Shown piece by piece: positions 44,986-55,196 of a stretch of DNA of 63,640 nucleotides; positions within the stretch are counted from its first letter, which is position 1; every line of letters starts with the position of its first letter. The DNA lies in assembly GCA_944391435.1 (NCBI GenBank), contig CALXTP010000010.1, positions 1 through 63,640 on the forward strand. The letters are read 5' to 3'. This DNA is from an uncultured Alphaproteobacteria bacterium. Its GTDB lineage: Bacteria; Pseudomonadota; Alphaproteobacteria; RF32; CAG-239. A program made the translations under genes and the position numbers. The notes under the pieces were generated by a model. That model had not been told where the DNA came from. It ran no database searches and saw nothing but the letters and a program-made list of their open reading frames with translations.

Positions 44986-46575
44986 TTAAAATACCTGTTC
45001 GCGCGTGGTGCGGAGTTCAATTTGCGGAAAATCTTCTTTCGCTTTGTTAAGGTGCCAGGCATTGCGTGCCAAAAATACTTTTTCTCCGTCATGGTCTTCG
45101 GCAATATTGGCCTGGTTGGCATCAACAAATTTTTCCAACACGGTTTTATCACTACAGAAAATCCAGCGCGCCGTATAATATTGCGTCGGCTCAAATGCAA
45201 CCGGGATATTAAATTCGGTGCGTATGCGGTCGGCCATAACTTCAAATTGCAACACGCCGACAACGCCAACAATCCACTCCGAACCGATAATCGGCTTAAA
45301 AACGCTGGCACCGCCTTCTTCGGCAATTTGCTGCAAAGCGTTGCCGAGGTGTTTTGATTTAAGCGGATCAAGCGCCCGCACGGATTTTAACAGTTCCGGC
45401 GCAAAGCTGGGGATGCCCGTAAAATGCAATTTTTCCCCTTCGCTCAGCGTATCTCCGATTCTGAGCTGCCCGTGGTTTGGTATGCCGATAATGTCGCCGG
45501 CAAAAGCATCTTCTGCCAGTTCTCGTTCCTGTGCCAAAAACATAACCGGAGTCGGAATTTTAACCGGTTTGCCTGTGCGCACCTGCAACAGTGACATTCC
45601 CCTTTTGAAATGTCCGGAACAAATACGCATAAAAGCAATCCGGTCGCGATGTTTCGGGTCCATGTTTGCCTGGATTTTAAAAATAAACCCGGTAACTTTC
45701 TTCTCATCGGCATTGACGATTCGTTCTGCCGCCGGCTGTGGGCGCGGGGCAGGGGCAAGCGTATGCAGCCCTTCCAAGACTTCTTTAACGCCAAAGTTAT
45801 TTATGGCGCTGCCGAAAAACACCGGCGTCAATGCCCCCGCCAGATAAAGTTCCATGTCAAAAGGTTGGCATAGTTCTTTAATCATGGTAACATCTTCCCT
45901 GAGTTTTGCCACGGCATGCGCCGGCAGAAGCGTATCCAGTTTCGGGTCGTCCAAGCCTTTGCAGGTTTCAATCACGCTGTTGAGCTGCCCTTTGTTGCCG
46001 GTTTTGTTCATCAGGATAAGCTGGTCGTTCAGTAGGTCATAGCAGCCGAGAAAGTCTTTGCCGCTGCCGATTGGCCAGCTGGCCGGGCAGACGTCAAGCG
46101 CCAGCGTTTTCTCAATATCATCAAGCAGCAAAAACGGATCCAGCCCTTCACGGTCCATTTTGTTGATAAAAGTAATAATCGGAATGTTTCTGAGGCGGCA
46201 GACCTCAAACAGCTTTTTCGTTTGTGCCTCAATGCCTTTTGCCGAGTCTATGACCATAACCGCCGAGTCTACCGCGGTCAAAACCCGGTATGTGTCCTCC
46301 GAAAAGTCTTCGTGTCCAGGCGTATCCAACAGATTAAATGTCGTATCCTGATATTCAAAAGTCATCACGGACGAGGCAACGGAAATGCCTCTTTCCTGTT
46401 CCACTTTCATCCAGTCCGAGCGTGCCCGTCGGTTTTCACCGCGTGCTTTCACCGCGCCGGCCTGCTGGATGGCACCGCCGAATAGCAAAAGTTTTTCGGT
46501 CAAAGTCGTTTTACCGGCATCCGGGTGGGAAATAATGGCAAATGTTTTTCTCTTGCTGACAATGTTTTCCGGCAT
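44986..46575 (-). CDS. prfC: Peptide chain release factor 3
   Basis: Contains 'FAIISHPDAGKTTLTEKLLLFGGAIQ', 'DTPGHEDFSEDTYR' and 'NKMDR'. 529 aa. Confidence 0.95.
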   Translation of the reverse strand: MPENIVSKRKTFAIISHPDAGKTTLTEKLLLFGGAIQQAGAVKARGENRRARSDWMKVEQERGISVASSVMTFEYQDTTFNLLDTPGHEDFSEDTYRVLTAVDSAVMVIDSAKGIEAQTKKLFEVCRLRNIPIITFINKMDREGLDPFLLLDDIEKTLALDVCPASWPIGSGKDFLGCYDLLNDQLILMNKTGNKGQLNSVIETCKGLDDPKLDTLLPAHAVAKLREDVTMIKELCQPFDMELYLAGALTPVFFGSAINNFGVKEVLEGLHTLAPAPRPQPAAERIVNADEKKVTGFIFKIQANMDPKHRDRIAFMRICSGHFKRGMSLLQVRTGKPVKIPTPVMFLAQERELAEDAFAGDIIGIPNHGQLRIGDTLSEGEKLHFTGIPSFAPELLKSVRALDPLKSKHLGNALQQIAEEGGASVFKPIIGSEWIVGVVGVLQFEVMADRIRTEFNIPVAFEPTQYYTARWIFCSDKTVLEKFVDANQANIAEDHDGEKVFLARNAWHLNKAKEDFPQIELRTTREQVF

Positions 46576-46746
46576 TTTAGTTTCAAATCCCCTGTTTATA
46601 TTTAGTATTTTTGAATTGTTTTAAGTATTCGCATATTAGCAAACAAAATCCAATATGCAAGTCAAAAATACGGCTCGTATTCGGTGCTGGCGGCAATAAA
46701 AAACGGTTCGCCGGAAAAAAAGCGCAAAACGAGTGCAAAAAAAAGC

Positions 46747-46774
46747 TTGACTCTCACATTTTTTTTTCTAATAT
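46747..46774 (+). promoter_or_regulatory. Sigma70-like promoter candidate for the ffh operon
   Basis: TTGACT, a 16-nt spacer, then TAATAT. This predicts a ~110-nt leader. Confidence 0.45.
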
Positions 46775-46891
46775 CAAACCAGTTTTTGATAACAAAAATA
46801 ACACTCTGCGGAGTGCCGTCAGTCAGCGAGGGTTCGCACACTGGCGCAATTTTTTTTATCAATAAAGGGTGAAATAAAACAAGGAAGATAA

Positions 46892-48274
46892 ATGTTTGAT
46901 GCTTTGACCAACAAATTGAGCGGCATATTTTCCAAGCTCGGCTCGCGCGGCGTACTGGCAGAAAAGGATATAGAAGACGGACTGCGTGAGATACGCCTGG
47001 CTTTGTTGGAAGCTGATGTTTCGTTGCCCGTGGTCAAAGAGTTTATGGCGCGCGTCAAAGAAAAGGCTGTCGGCGAAAAGATTATCAAATCCGTCCGTCC
47101 GGACCAGCAGCTGGTTAAAATCGTTTATGATGAACTGGTAAGGCTGCTGGGTGCGGAAGATACGGAGCTGAATTTCAAAGCTGTCCCGCCCGCTGTCATT
47201 TTGATGGTCGGTTTGCAGGGGTCCGGCAAAACAACGACTTCCGCCAAAATTGCCCTGAAATTAAAAAAGAATAAACGCGTGTTAATGGCATCGCTGGACG
47301 TTTACCGCCCGGCAGCACAGGAGCAGCTGGCTCAATTGGGCAGCCAGATTGGCGTAGATGTTTTGCCGGTGGTTGCCGGTGAAAAGCCGCTGGATATTAC
47401 CCGCCGCGCCCTGGCAGAAGGGAAAAAAGGCGTTTACGATGTCCTGATTTTGGATACGGCCGGCCGCCTGCAGATAGATGAAAAGCTGATGGACGAGGTC
47501 ATCGCCGTCAAAAAGCTGGCCGCACCGGCTGAAACATTGCTGGTGGCAGATGCCCTGATTGGCCAGGAAGCTTGCAATGTCGCGAAAGAATTTAATGAAA
47601 AAGTCGGCATTACCGGCTTGGTTATGACTCGTATTGACGGTTCGTCCCGTGCCGGTGCCGCCCTGTCTATGAAAATGGTATCAGGTGCGCCGCTGAAATT
47701 CTTGGGAACAGGCGAAAAGCTGGAAGATATAGAAGAGTTTCATGCTGATCGTCTGGCCGGGAGAATTTTGGATAAAGGGGATGTCGTCAGCCTGGTAGAA
47801 AAAGCGGTTGAAAAGATAGATAAAGAAGAAACCGAAGCCATGGCCAAAAAAATGCTGAAAGGCAAATTTGATTTGGAAGATATGCTCAATCAGATTCGCC
47901 AGATGCAAAAGCTCGGCTCTATGAGCAGCATTATGGGGATGCTGCCGGGCATGGGCAAATACAAAGAGCAGATAGAGGCGGCCAATGCCGATTCGCTGGT
48001 TAAAAAGCAGGAGGCAATAATCTTGTCAATGACCAGGGCGGAGCGCCGCAATCCGGATATCGTCAAAGCCTCCCGCAAAAGGAGGATTGCCGCCGGTGCC
48101 GGAGTAGAAGTTCATGAGGTTAACAAGTTGCTTAAATCCTATGAGCAAATGTCAACCATGATGAAAAGAATGGGAAAAATGGGCGGATTAGGCGCTCTGG
48201 CTTCCCGTTTTGGCAAACCGAACCCGTTCGGCGGAAATCCGATGGGCGGGTTTAATCGTAAATTTCCGTTTTAA
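46892..48274 (+). CDS. ffh: Signal recognition particle protein
   Basis: Contains 'GLQGSGKTTTSAKIA', 'DTAGRL' and 'TRIDG', with a Met-rich M domain. Confidence 0.97.
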   Translation: MFDALTNKLSGIFSKLGSRGVLAEKDIEDGLREIRLALLEADVSLPVVKEFMARVKEKAVGEKIIKSVRPDQQLVKIVYDELVRLLGAEDTELNFKAVPPAVILMVGLQGSGKTTTSAKIALKLKKNKRVLMASLDVYRPAAQEQLAQLGSQIGVDVLPVVAGEKPLDITRRALAEGKKGVYDVLILDTAGRLQIDEKLMDEVIAVKKLAAPAETLLVADALIGQEACNVAKEFNEKVGITGLVMTRIDGSSRAGAALSMKMVSGAPLKFLGTGEKLEDIEEFHADRLAGRILDKGDVVSLVEKAVEKIDKEETEAMAKKMLKGKFDLEDMLNQIRQMQKLGSMSSIMGMLPGMGKYKEQIEAANADSLVKKQEAIILSMTRAERRNPDIVKASRKRRIAAGAGVEVHEVNKLLKSYEQMSTMMKRMGKMGGLGALASRFGKPNPFGGNPMGGFNRKFPF

Positions 48275-48316
48275 TGCGGAAAAAATGAAACAAAAAATAA
48301 ACTGGAAAGGAAAAAA

Positions 48317-48721
48317 ATGACAGTTCGTATTAGACTTTCTCGCGGTGGATCAAAGAAGCATCCTTATTATCGCGTTGTAGCTGCTGATCAGAGGGCTCCT
48401 CGTGACGGCAGATTTATTGAAAAGCTGGGCGCTTACAATCCTCAGTTGCCGCAAGACCACCAGGACCGTCTGGTTCTGGACATTGAAAAAGTAAAAGCTT
48501 GGTTGTCCAAAGGGGCACAGCCGACCGAAAGGCTGCAAAAGATGTTTGCCAACCTCGGTTTGTGCGAAGCGCCGAAAATCAAGGCTCAGCCGAAGAAATC
48601 CGCTCCGAAGGCCAAAGCTTTGGAAAGAATTAAAGAAAAGGAAGAAAAGGCCAAAGCCGCCGCTGAAGCCGCAGCCGCTGCAGCTGCCGAAGCTTCCGCG
48701 GAAACGCCTGCTGAAGCCTAA
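48317..48721 (+). CDS. rpsP: 30S ribosomal protein S16 with an Ala/Lys/Glu-rich C-terminal extension
   Basis: Contains 'MTVRIRLSRGGSKKHPYYRVVAADQRAPRDGRFIEKLGAYNP'. 134 aa. Confidence 0.95.
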   Translation: MTVRIRLSRGGSKKHPYYRVVAADQRAPRDGRFIEKLGAYNPQLPQDHQDRLVLDIEKVKAWLSKGAQPTERLQKMFANLGLCEAPKIKAQPKKSAPKAKALERIKEKEEKAKAAAEAAAAAAAEASAETPAEA

Positions 48722-48762
48722 GCTTTTTCTTGAATAAATAAGTTTGTGTTGCGATAGGTTGT

Positions 48763-49302
48763 TTGATGAGCGAAAAAAGGGTTTGTTTAGGCAAGGTTGT
48801 CGGCGTCCACGGTATCCGCGGGGAAGTGAAAATCAAGAGCTACACGGCTGTTGATAAAGATATTGCCCGTTACGGGGAGCTGGAAGACAAAGCTGAAAAG
48901 CATCATTTTTCGCTGCAAATTACCGGCCGTTCAAAAGATTTGCTCCGCGCCAAAATAAAAGGTGTGGATGACAGGACGGCAGCCGAATCCCTCATCGGGA
49001 CGGAGCTGTATGCCCCGCGCGGCGTTTTGCCGGCGCTTCCCGCGGAAGAAGAATATTACGAGGCAGACCTTATCGGGTTAAAAGTCTTGGATGCCGGAAA
49101 GTCAGAAGTTGCCGAGGTCATCGGTTTTTATAACTTCGGTGCCGGGGATATTCTGGAAATCCGTTTAAAAAACGGGCGTTCCGAAATGTTGCCTTTTAAC
49201 AAGGGTTATGTTCCGGAAATAAATCTGGCGGATGGATACATTATTGTGGCGTCAACCGGAATGGTATTTTTGGAAGACGAAAAGGATTCCGAAGAATGCT
49301 GA
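48763..49302 (+). CDS. rimM: 16S rRNA processing protein RimM
   Basis: Contains 'LGKVVGVHGIRGEVKIKSYT', has a PRC-barrel C-terminus, and sits at the conserved operon position. Confidence 0.9.
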   Translation: MMSEKRVCLGKVVGVHGIRGEVKIKSYTAVDKDIARYGELEDKAEKHHFSLQITGRSKDLLRAKIKGVDDRTAAESLIGTELYAPRGVLPALPAEEEYYEADLIGLKVLDAGKSEVAEVIGFYNFGAGDILEIRLKNGRSEMLPFNKGYVPEINLADGYIIVASTGMVFLEDEKDSEEC

Positions 49303-49988
49303 AAGCAAAAGTTCTGACTGTTTTTCCGGAAATGTTTCCCGGGTTTCTCGGTTATTCGCTAACCGGAAAAGCGTTGGAAGAGCAAAAATGGCAGCTGGAG
49401 GCCGTAAACATTCGCGATTATGCGTTTGACAGGCATAAATCCGTGGATGATACGCCATGCGGCGGCGGTGCGGGGATGATTATGCGTCCGGATGTCTTAG
49501 GCCGGGCGATAGAAGCAACCCGTACAAAAGGGCGGATAATTTATATGAGTCCGAAAGGCCGCCCGCTGACGCAAAAGCTGGTGCACGAGCTGGCGGCAGA
49601 AGAAGAGCTGATGATTATATGCGGGCGTTTTGAAGGCATAGATGAACGCATCATAGAAGCCTTCAATGTGGAAGAAATAAGCATCGGCGATTACATTTTG
49701 ACCGGCGGCGAACAGGCTGCGCAGATTTTGCTGGATGCCGTAGTTAGGCTGCTCCCCGGCGTTTTGGGGAATGAGGCGTCTTTGGAAGACGAAAGTTTTG
49801 AAAATTATTTGTTGGAATATCCACAATACACCCGTCCGATTACATGGAATGACAGGGATGTTCCGGAAGTCTTGTTGTCCGGCCACCATCAAAAGATAAG
49901 CCAGTGGCGGCGGCAGCAGGCGGAAATCGCAACAAAAGAGAGGCGCCCTGACTTATTTAAGAAATATCTTGATTCTAAAAATAGTTAG
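49296..49988 (+). CDS. trmD: tRNA (guanine37-N1)-methyltransferase
   Basis: Contains 'VLTVFPEMFPG', 'ICGRFEGIDERI' and 'SIGDYILTGGE'. Confidence 0.95.
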   Translation: MLKAKVLTVFPEMFPGFLGYSLTGKALEEQKWQLEAVNIRDYAFDRHKSVDDTPCGGGAGMIMRPDVLGRAIEATRTKGRIIYMSPKGRPLTQKLVHELAAEEELMIICGRFEGIDERIIEAFNVEEISIGDYILTGGEQAAQILLDAVVRLLPGVLGNEASLEDESFENYLLEYPQYTRPITWNDRDVPEVLLSGHHQKISQWRRQQAEIATKERRPDLFKKYLDSKNS

Positions 49989-50026
49989 GTGTATAAAGTT
50001 AAAAAATTTATTAAAAGGTAAAAGTG

Positions 50027-50413
50027 ATGAACATTTTAGAAAATATTGAAAAAGAGCAAGTTGCCAAATTGACGGAAGGAAAAAATATTCCTGATTTCAA
50101 GGCCGGCGACACCCTGAAGGTTCATACCAAGGTTAAAGAAGGCGATCGTGAGCGTATTCAGATTTATGAAGGCGTATGCATTGCCCGCAAAAATGACGGT
50201 CTGAATTCTTCTTTTACTGTTCGCAAGATTTCTTTCGGTGAAGGCGTTGAGCGCGTATTTCCGCTGTATTCCCCGAATGTTGCGAAAATTGAAGTAACCC
50301 GTATCGGTAAAGTAAGACGGGCAAAGCTGTACTTCCTGCGTGCATTGCGCGGTCGTTCGGCTCGTATTGCCGATGATTTGTCCGCACAAACAAAGGCTAA
50401 AAACGCCGAATAA
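50027..50413 (+). CDS. rplS: 50S ribosomal protein L19
   Basis: ATG at 50027 (the ORF track starts at GTG 50024). Contains '[27 protein letters not shown]'. Confidence 0.95.
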   Translation: MNILENIEKEQVAKLTEGKNIPDFKAGDTLKVHTKVKEGDRERIQIYEGVCIARKNDGLNSSFTVRKISFGEGVERVFPLYSPNVAKIEVTRIGKVRRAKLYFLRALRGRSARIADDLSAQTKAKNAE

Positions 50414-50433
50414 GATTTGCTCATAGGGACAAG

Positions 50434-50479
50434 GCCCTTTGTGCGGCAAGGAAAATGCTCTCCGCACAAAGGGTTTTTT
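50434..50479 (+). terminator. Strong intrinsic terminator of the ffh-rplS operon
   Basis: 12-bp stem CCCTTTGTGCGG/CCGCACAAAGGG followed by T7. Confidence 0.85.
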
Positions 50480-50574
50480 TATATCTGGTTATCAGCAAGA
50501 TAAAGGCATAAAATTTGGGCGGCAGAGCATAAAAAAAAGCTTCCGAAGATATCGGAAACTTTTTAAGCAAAAAA

Positions 50575-50865
50575 TCAAGCGACACGCTTTGCCAACAATA
50601 TAATGGCTTTGTGTGACTTGAAAATTTCTTTTTCTGCCGCAAACAGCAAAACCTCGCGTGAACCCTTAACGGCAAGTGCGCATTGTCCATCTTCTGAAAG
50701 CGAAAAACGTGAAATATAGAGTTTGATTAACTCATCATCACCGCGTTCAATAAGGGCAATTTCTGCCGGAGCGAAAAAAAAGCGAAGTGCAATAAACTGC
50801 TTTAACTCATCAAATGTAGCTGTCTGTGCTAATTTGATTTGGTCTCTTTCTATATCTGACGACAT
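50575..50865 (-). CDS. Hypothetical protein (96 aa)
   Basis: Open frame 46 nt downstream of the acetyltransferase gene on the same strand. No family recognised. Confidence 0.4.
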   Translation of the reverse strand: MSSDIERDQIKLAQTATFDELKQFIALRFFFAPAEIALIERGDDELIKLYISRFSLSEDGQCALAVKGSREVLLFAAEKEIFKSHKAIILLAKRVA

Positions 50866-50911
50866 AATAAAAAATAAATAAGATAATAAATATACAAAAC
50901 ACGCTTATAGA

Positions 50912-51469
50912 CTACTTAGAAGAAACCAGAGAGTCAATAATTTTTTTAGCTTCATCTGGAGCATATAGCCAATATTCGGAAGCCAAAATTTTTCGTCTTA
51001 ACGGTTCATCAAAGCGATATTTAAGTATTCTGGCCGGCGAGCCGCCCACCACGGCAAAATCAGGGACATCTTTGTTGACGAAAGAATTTGCACCGACAAC
51101 TGCACCGTTGCCGATAGTAACACCGCGGCGGATAACAGAATCTACGCCAATCCATACATCATTTTTGATAACGCAGGATTTTTCCGTCATATCATGGTAC
51201 CCCCCCCGGTATGAGAGAAGAACAGATGTTGAAATTTCATTAAGGTCATGTTCTCCCGGGCCGATTCGAACATGGGACGCAATGCTACAATAGCGTCCGA
51301 TTGTAGCCCGTGTAATATCCACATCCCGCCCGATACTGGTATAATCGCCGATTTCGCAATATTTATCAACAAAAGTTCCCGGCGCAATAAATGTATGCCT
51401 GCCACGTTTGTACTTTTTATCATGACGGCGGATTTTATCAATTAGTCTTTGGATAAAAGCTATCTTCAT
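50912..51469 (-). CDS. Hexapeptide-repeat O-acetyltransferase (CatB/Vat-like)
   Basis: Left-handed beta-helix repeats 'IGRDVDITRATIGRYCSIASHVRIGPGEH' and 'VWIGVDSVIRRGVTIGNGAVVGANSFV'. Confidence 0.8.
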   Translation of the reverse strand: MKIAFIQRLIDKIRRHDKKYKRGRHTFIAPGTFVDKYCEIGDYTSIGRDVDITRATIGRYCSIASHVRIGPGEHDLNEISTSVLLSYRGGYHDMTEKSCVIKNDVWIGVDSVIRRGVTIGNGAVVGANSFVNKDVPDFAVVGGSPARILKYRFDEPLRRKILASEYWLYAPDEAKKIIDSLVSSK

Positions 51470-51496
51470 AACAATCTCTCCGACTATATCAAAAGA

Positions 51497-52411
51497 TTAC
51501 ATCTTAATCCACTCATCCGGAACAATATCGCCGGAATATTCGGCAGCATCGGGAAGAAACCACTGCTTCGGCGCAACAACAATTTTGTCGGGGTTTGGGT
51601 TGAGCCATGCGCCCCACCAGGAAAAAGTGCTGTTTGCAATAATATTGTGCTTGCAGTTTCGCATCAGCTCCAAATCAAAATAGCCGTGCTTTTCATCATT
51701 GATGTCAACAAAAGTTTGCGGATAGGCCGTTTTAATGTTGTCACGTACCCAGTCCATATCGCTTGAAAAGATGAAAAAGGAAGGATTATCAATCCGTTCG
51801 GCAACATAATTCATGGCGTTTAAGAAATAATCTTTATCAAGATATGTAAAAGGGCTGTGCTTGTTTAGGTAATCACCGCGCCGTATATGCACCGCAATCG
51901 CCTGTGATGATTTAATCTTTTCCAGCATTTTCCGGTTGGGTTCGTCAAGAGGTTCAGACAAAGTCAAATCATGCAGCAATTTAGGACGCAGTTTTTTGAA
52001 ATATTTTTCACTTTGGAATGCTCCGGCGAAAAAGACAGGCCCTTTTCGAGATAAAAGTTCCGGCTGATAACGGTTTAATTGCTTTTCTTCAACACGGTCG
52101 GTATGAAAGTACCACCATCTTTTCATATGAAATTTTTCCCGGATAAAGCGTGGAAAAAAGTTTTTGACGCGGATTTCCTTTTTCAATTGTGCCAGCTGTT
52201 CGGGCGTGGCAAATCTTTTTTCAATGTTGTACAAAGCCAAATCAAAACTGCGGTAGTGGTTTCTTTGAAAAACCGTCGTGTCAAAAAGGACATCGTCACC
52301 GACAGCAAGCCCAAAGGCATACAAAAACATCTGGTTGCCGAGCCCGCCGCCGACGCATACGATGCGCAGAGGGGTGCTCGTTGTTTCGTTGGAAGATAAA
52401 TTTTCGGCCAT
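51497..52411 (-). CDS. Alpha-1,2-fucosyltransferase (GT11)
   Basis: Contains the GT11 motifs '[10 protein letters not shown]' and '[15 protein letters not shown]'. 304 aa. Confidence 0.85.
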   Translation of the reverse strand: MAENLSSNETTSTPLRIVCVGGGLGNQMFLYAFGLAVGDDVLFDTTVFQRNHYRSFDLALYNIEKRFATPEQLAQLKKEIRVKNFFPRFIREKFHMKRWWYFHTDRVEEKQLNRYQPELLSRKGPVFFAGAFQSEKYFKKLRPKLLHDLTLSEPLDEPNRKMLEKIKSSQAIAVHIRRGDYLNKHSPFTYLDKDYFLNAMNYVAERIDNPSFFIFSSDMDWVRDNIKTAYPQTFVDINDEKHGYFDLELMRNCKHNIIANSTFSWWGAWLNPNPDKIVVAPKQWFLPDAAEYSGDIVPDEWIKM

Positions 52412-52566
52412 GGCTTTGTTTCCTTTGCGGCAAGACTATACAAAATATGAAAAAGTATACAGGAAAAGTTCAGTAAATGGCAAGCGCAAGTTAGGCATAT
52501 TAACAATCAAAACAAATAGCTGCTTTCCGGATACAAAAAAACCACCCACAACCGGATGGCTTTTGA

Positions 52567-52643
52567 TGGTCGGAACGGGTGGATTCGAACCACTGACCTC
52601 TGCGACCCGAACGCAGCGTTCTACCAGGCTGAACTACGTTCCG
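52567..52643 (-). tRNA. tRNA-Pro (anticodon CGG), CCA encoded
   Basis: The reverse complement reads CGGAACGTAGTTCAGCCTGGTAGAACGCTGCGTTCGGGTCGCAGAGGTCAGTGGTTCGAATCCACCCGTTCCGACCA. All four cloverleaf arms pair by hand. Confidence 0.95.
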
Positions 52644-52775
52644 CTCAACGACGAACATATATCTACACAAAAAAAAATGAAAAGACAAGTCTTTTTTTAT
52701 ATTTTTGCAAAAAAAATTGACGTTTGTTTAAAAAGCCGTATAATTGCCCCGATACAAAATAAAAAAGGAGGCTGT

Positions 52776-53618
52776 ATGCTGTATCTGGGATGTCATTTGT
52801 CTTCGGCCGGCGGTTTTGCCGCCATGGGGAAAACGGCTTTGCGTTTAAACGCCAATACGTTTCAATTCTTTTTGCGCAATCCGCGCGGCGGCGCTGCTAA
52901 GGATATCCGGGCAGATGATGTTAGGGAGTTTATTGCCCTGGCAGAGAAAAACGGCTTTGGCAAGATACTGGCACACGCGCCGTATACGCTCAACCCGTGT
53001 TCCAAAGATGCCTCAATCCGTGAATTTGCCCGCAACGTCTTTGCCGACGACCTGAAGCGCATGGAGAATATTCCGGGAAATTTATATAACTTTCATCCCG
53101 GCTCCCATGTCGGGCAGGGGACAGCCGTTGCCATTTCTCAGATTGTGGAAATTTTGGATGAAGTTATGCCCGGGGCAGCCCATACCACGGTGTTGTTGGA
53201 AACGATGTCGGGCAAAGGCAGCGAAGTCGGCTCCACGTTTGCCGAGCTGGCGGAAATCATTTCCCGCGCCAAAATCAATGCGCCGGAAAAGCTGGGCATC
53301 TGCCTGGATACCTGCCATGTTTTTTCGGCCGGATACGACATTGTCAATAATTTGGACGGCGTCTTGGCAGAGTTTGACCGCACCATCGGCCTGAACCGGC
53401 TGCACGCCGTACATTTGAATGACAGCATGACGGAATTTGCCTCGCATAAAGACCGTCACGAGCGGCTGGGCCATGGGACAATAGGCAAAGAGGCGCTTAT
53501 TCGTTTTATCAACCATCCGGCATTAAAAGGGATACCTGTCAATTTGGAAACCCCAAACGAATTGCCGGGGTACGCCGAAGAAATCGCCATTCTGCGCCAA
53601 AGCTATACACAAGATTGA
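52776..53618 (+). CDS. nfo: Deoxyribonuclease IV (endonuclease IV)
   Basis: Start at ATG 52776 after AAGGAGG ('[14 protein letters not shown]'). Contains '[10 protein letters not shown]', '[13 protein letters not shown]' and 'AVHLNDS'. The longer ORF crosses the tRNA. Confidence 0.92.
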   Translation: MLYLGCHLSSAGGFAAMGKTALRLNANTFQFFLRNPRGGAAKDIRADDVREFIALAEKNGFGKILAHAPYTLNPCSKDASIREFARNVFADDLKRMENIPGNLYNFHPGSHVGQGTAVAISQIVEILDEVMPGAAHTTVLLETMSGKGSEVGSTFAELAEIISRAKINAPEKLGICLDTCHVFSAGYDIVNNLDGVLAEFDRTIGLNRLHAVHLNDSMTEFASHKDRHERLGHGTIGKEALIRFINHPALKGIPVNLETPNELPGYAEEIAILRQSYTQD

Positions 53619-53641
53619 GCTTCTCTGGCTTTTAATAGTTT

Positions 53642-54505
53642 TTATAACAATACTTCCGTAACCAGGCCGAATATGACGCCCAAAACATAAAGCAGAGCTA
53701 AAATGCGCAGATTTTCGCGACGGTTGCGGTTAACCCGATAAAGAACAAGATAGCCAAGTCCGGCGTTGCTGAGCGTTCCGGCCATCATGGTACCGAGCGA
53801 TATGGCATTATCCAAATACAGCTGTGTCAGCAAAACCGAAGGGTAGCAGCTTGGAATCAAGCCGACGCCCGCTGCAATAAATTTGCTCAATAAAGGCATT
53901 CCTGTGAGCAGGGAATGAACTGTTTCCCTCCCGCCGAAGATAAAAACGGCATTGATAATCAGCGAAAAAATAAAGATAAAAATACTGATTTTTTCAGTAT
54001 GGCGGAAAGCCGAGTGCCATATATTGTCATGATGCGTGCATTTGCAGTTTTCCCGTTGGCAAAAAGCCTCAATTTCCGGCTCCTTTCGCAGCTTAATAAA
54101 TTTTTGTGGCAGAAAGGTATCCAGAATGACGCCGCTGATAATGGCAAAGGTCACTTTAAGGCACAAAATCTGCACGATAATGTTAACCCCGGCACCGCCT
54201 GAGATTAAAATCGGCAACATCTCGTCGGAAGTAGAAAGAAAAATCGCCAGCATTGTCCCCAGTGTGATAATGCCGGTAGCATAAAGGTTGGCGGCCGCCA
54301 CCGAAAAGCCGCATTGAGGCACCAGTCCGAGCAAAGCACCGGCAATCGGCCCGTAGTGTCCTGATTTTTTGATATATGCCAATGTCTTGCCGGAAGTTTT
54401 GTGCTCCAAAAACTCCAGTGCCAGATAAGTCAGATACAGATATGGAAACAGTACCAGCGTTTCATAAAGGGATTCCACCAAAATATCCATACCGATTTTT
54501 ATCAT
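53642..54505 (-). CDS. Putative 10-TM metal exporter (ArsP_2-like), tentative
   Basis: 'GALLGLVPQCGFSVAAANLYATGIITLGTMLAIFLSTSDEMLPILIS' resembles the PF11449 signature as I remember it. Polytopic. Confidence 0.5.
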   Translation of the reverse strand: MIKIGMDILVESLYETLVLFPYLYLTYLALEFLEHKTSGKTLAYIKKSGHYGPIAGALLGLVPQCGFSVAAANLYATGIITLGTMLAIFLSTSDEMLPILISGGAGVNIIVQILCLKVTFAIISGVILDTFLPQKFIKLRKEPEIEAFCQRENCKCTHHDNIWHSAFRHTEKISIFIFIFSLIINAVFIFGGRETVHSLLTGMPLLSKFIAAGVGLIPSCYPSVLLTQLYLDNAISLGTMMAGTLSNAGLGYLVLYRVNRNRRENLRILALLYVLGVIFGLVTEVLL

Positions 54506-54664
54506 TGCCGCCTCTTGGAAAATTCATTGCAAAACTAGAAACATATCTAGCAAAGCGAATGTATTTTTGCAACAAAAAAATAAAAGGTTCCGGCTGCGGT
54601 ACACATTGCGAATACAAAACTACCGCCCAAAACGCCTTGCCTTAAAGCGGGTAGGGGAAGACAT

Positions 54665-54691
54665 AAAAAAGCGCGTGCAGAAACACGCGCT
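54665..54691 (-). terminator. Intrinsic terminator
   Basis: 8-bp stem AGCGCGTG/CACGCGCT, followed on the minus strand by a U-run. Confidence 0.55.
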
Positions 54692-54699
54692 TTAGGATT

Positions 54700-54954
54700 T
54701 TACTTCAAGTTGGAAGGGATGCCATCGCGTATCGCCTCCAGTAAGATTCTTGCTTGCTCTTTGGTGTAGGGATGTATTATATCTATTTCATGATTCAACT
54801 CATAATTCATTTCATTTGTAAGAACTTTTTTGCCCGTCAGTATTTCAACGGTATCATCTGCATATAAAACATACGCAACCGAAAGCGAAAAATGCTCTCT
54901 GAAACCACCTACACCCAGTGCATGCAAAACGGCAACAACTTTTTTCTTTTCCAT
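54700..54954 (-). CDS. Hypothetical protein (84 aa)
   Basis: Open frame with a terminator immediately downstream. No family recognised. Confidence 0.4.
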   Translation of the reverse strand: MEKKKVVAVLHALGVGGFREHFSLSVAYVLYADDTVEILTGKKVLTNEMNYELNHEIDIIHPYTKEQARILLEAIRDGIPSNLK

Positions 54955-55111
54955 AATTGTAAGTTTTTAGGTTAAAAAATAAATAATAAAATCACATGGC
55001 AACCAATAGATTATCAATTGTTTTTTTGTCAATATTTTTTTTGAAATAAAAAGCCCGTGCATTGCTGCGATTTATGGATAATTTCATTGCCTGTCCTGAA
55101 TGGCGATATAT

Positions 55112-55143
55112 AAAAAAGAAGAGCTGTTTAAGCAGCTCTTCTT
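55112..55143 (-). terminator. Intrinsic terminator of tig
   Basis: 11-bp stem AAGAAGAGCTG/CAGCTCTTCTT, with a U-run on the minus strand. Confidence 0.75.
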
Positions 55144-55196
55144 AAAATATCGGCCTATAACCGTCCTGTTTGCTCTGAAAGCATAAAGTTTGCTAA

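Noticed and set aside
45218-45847. 209-aa ORF antisense to prfC
   Set aside because: prfC is unambiguous (GTPase motifs), so the antisense frame is a shadow ORF.
52278-52775. N-terminal 166-aa extension of the nfo ORF
   Set aside because: The extension runs antisense through the fucosyltransferase start and across tRNA-Pro. AAGGAGG followed by ATG at 52776 gives a canonical endonuclease IV N-terminus.
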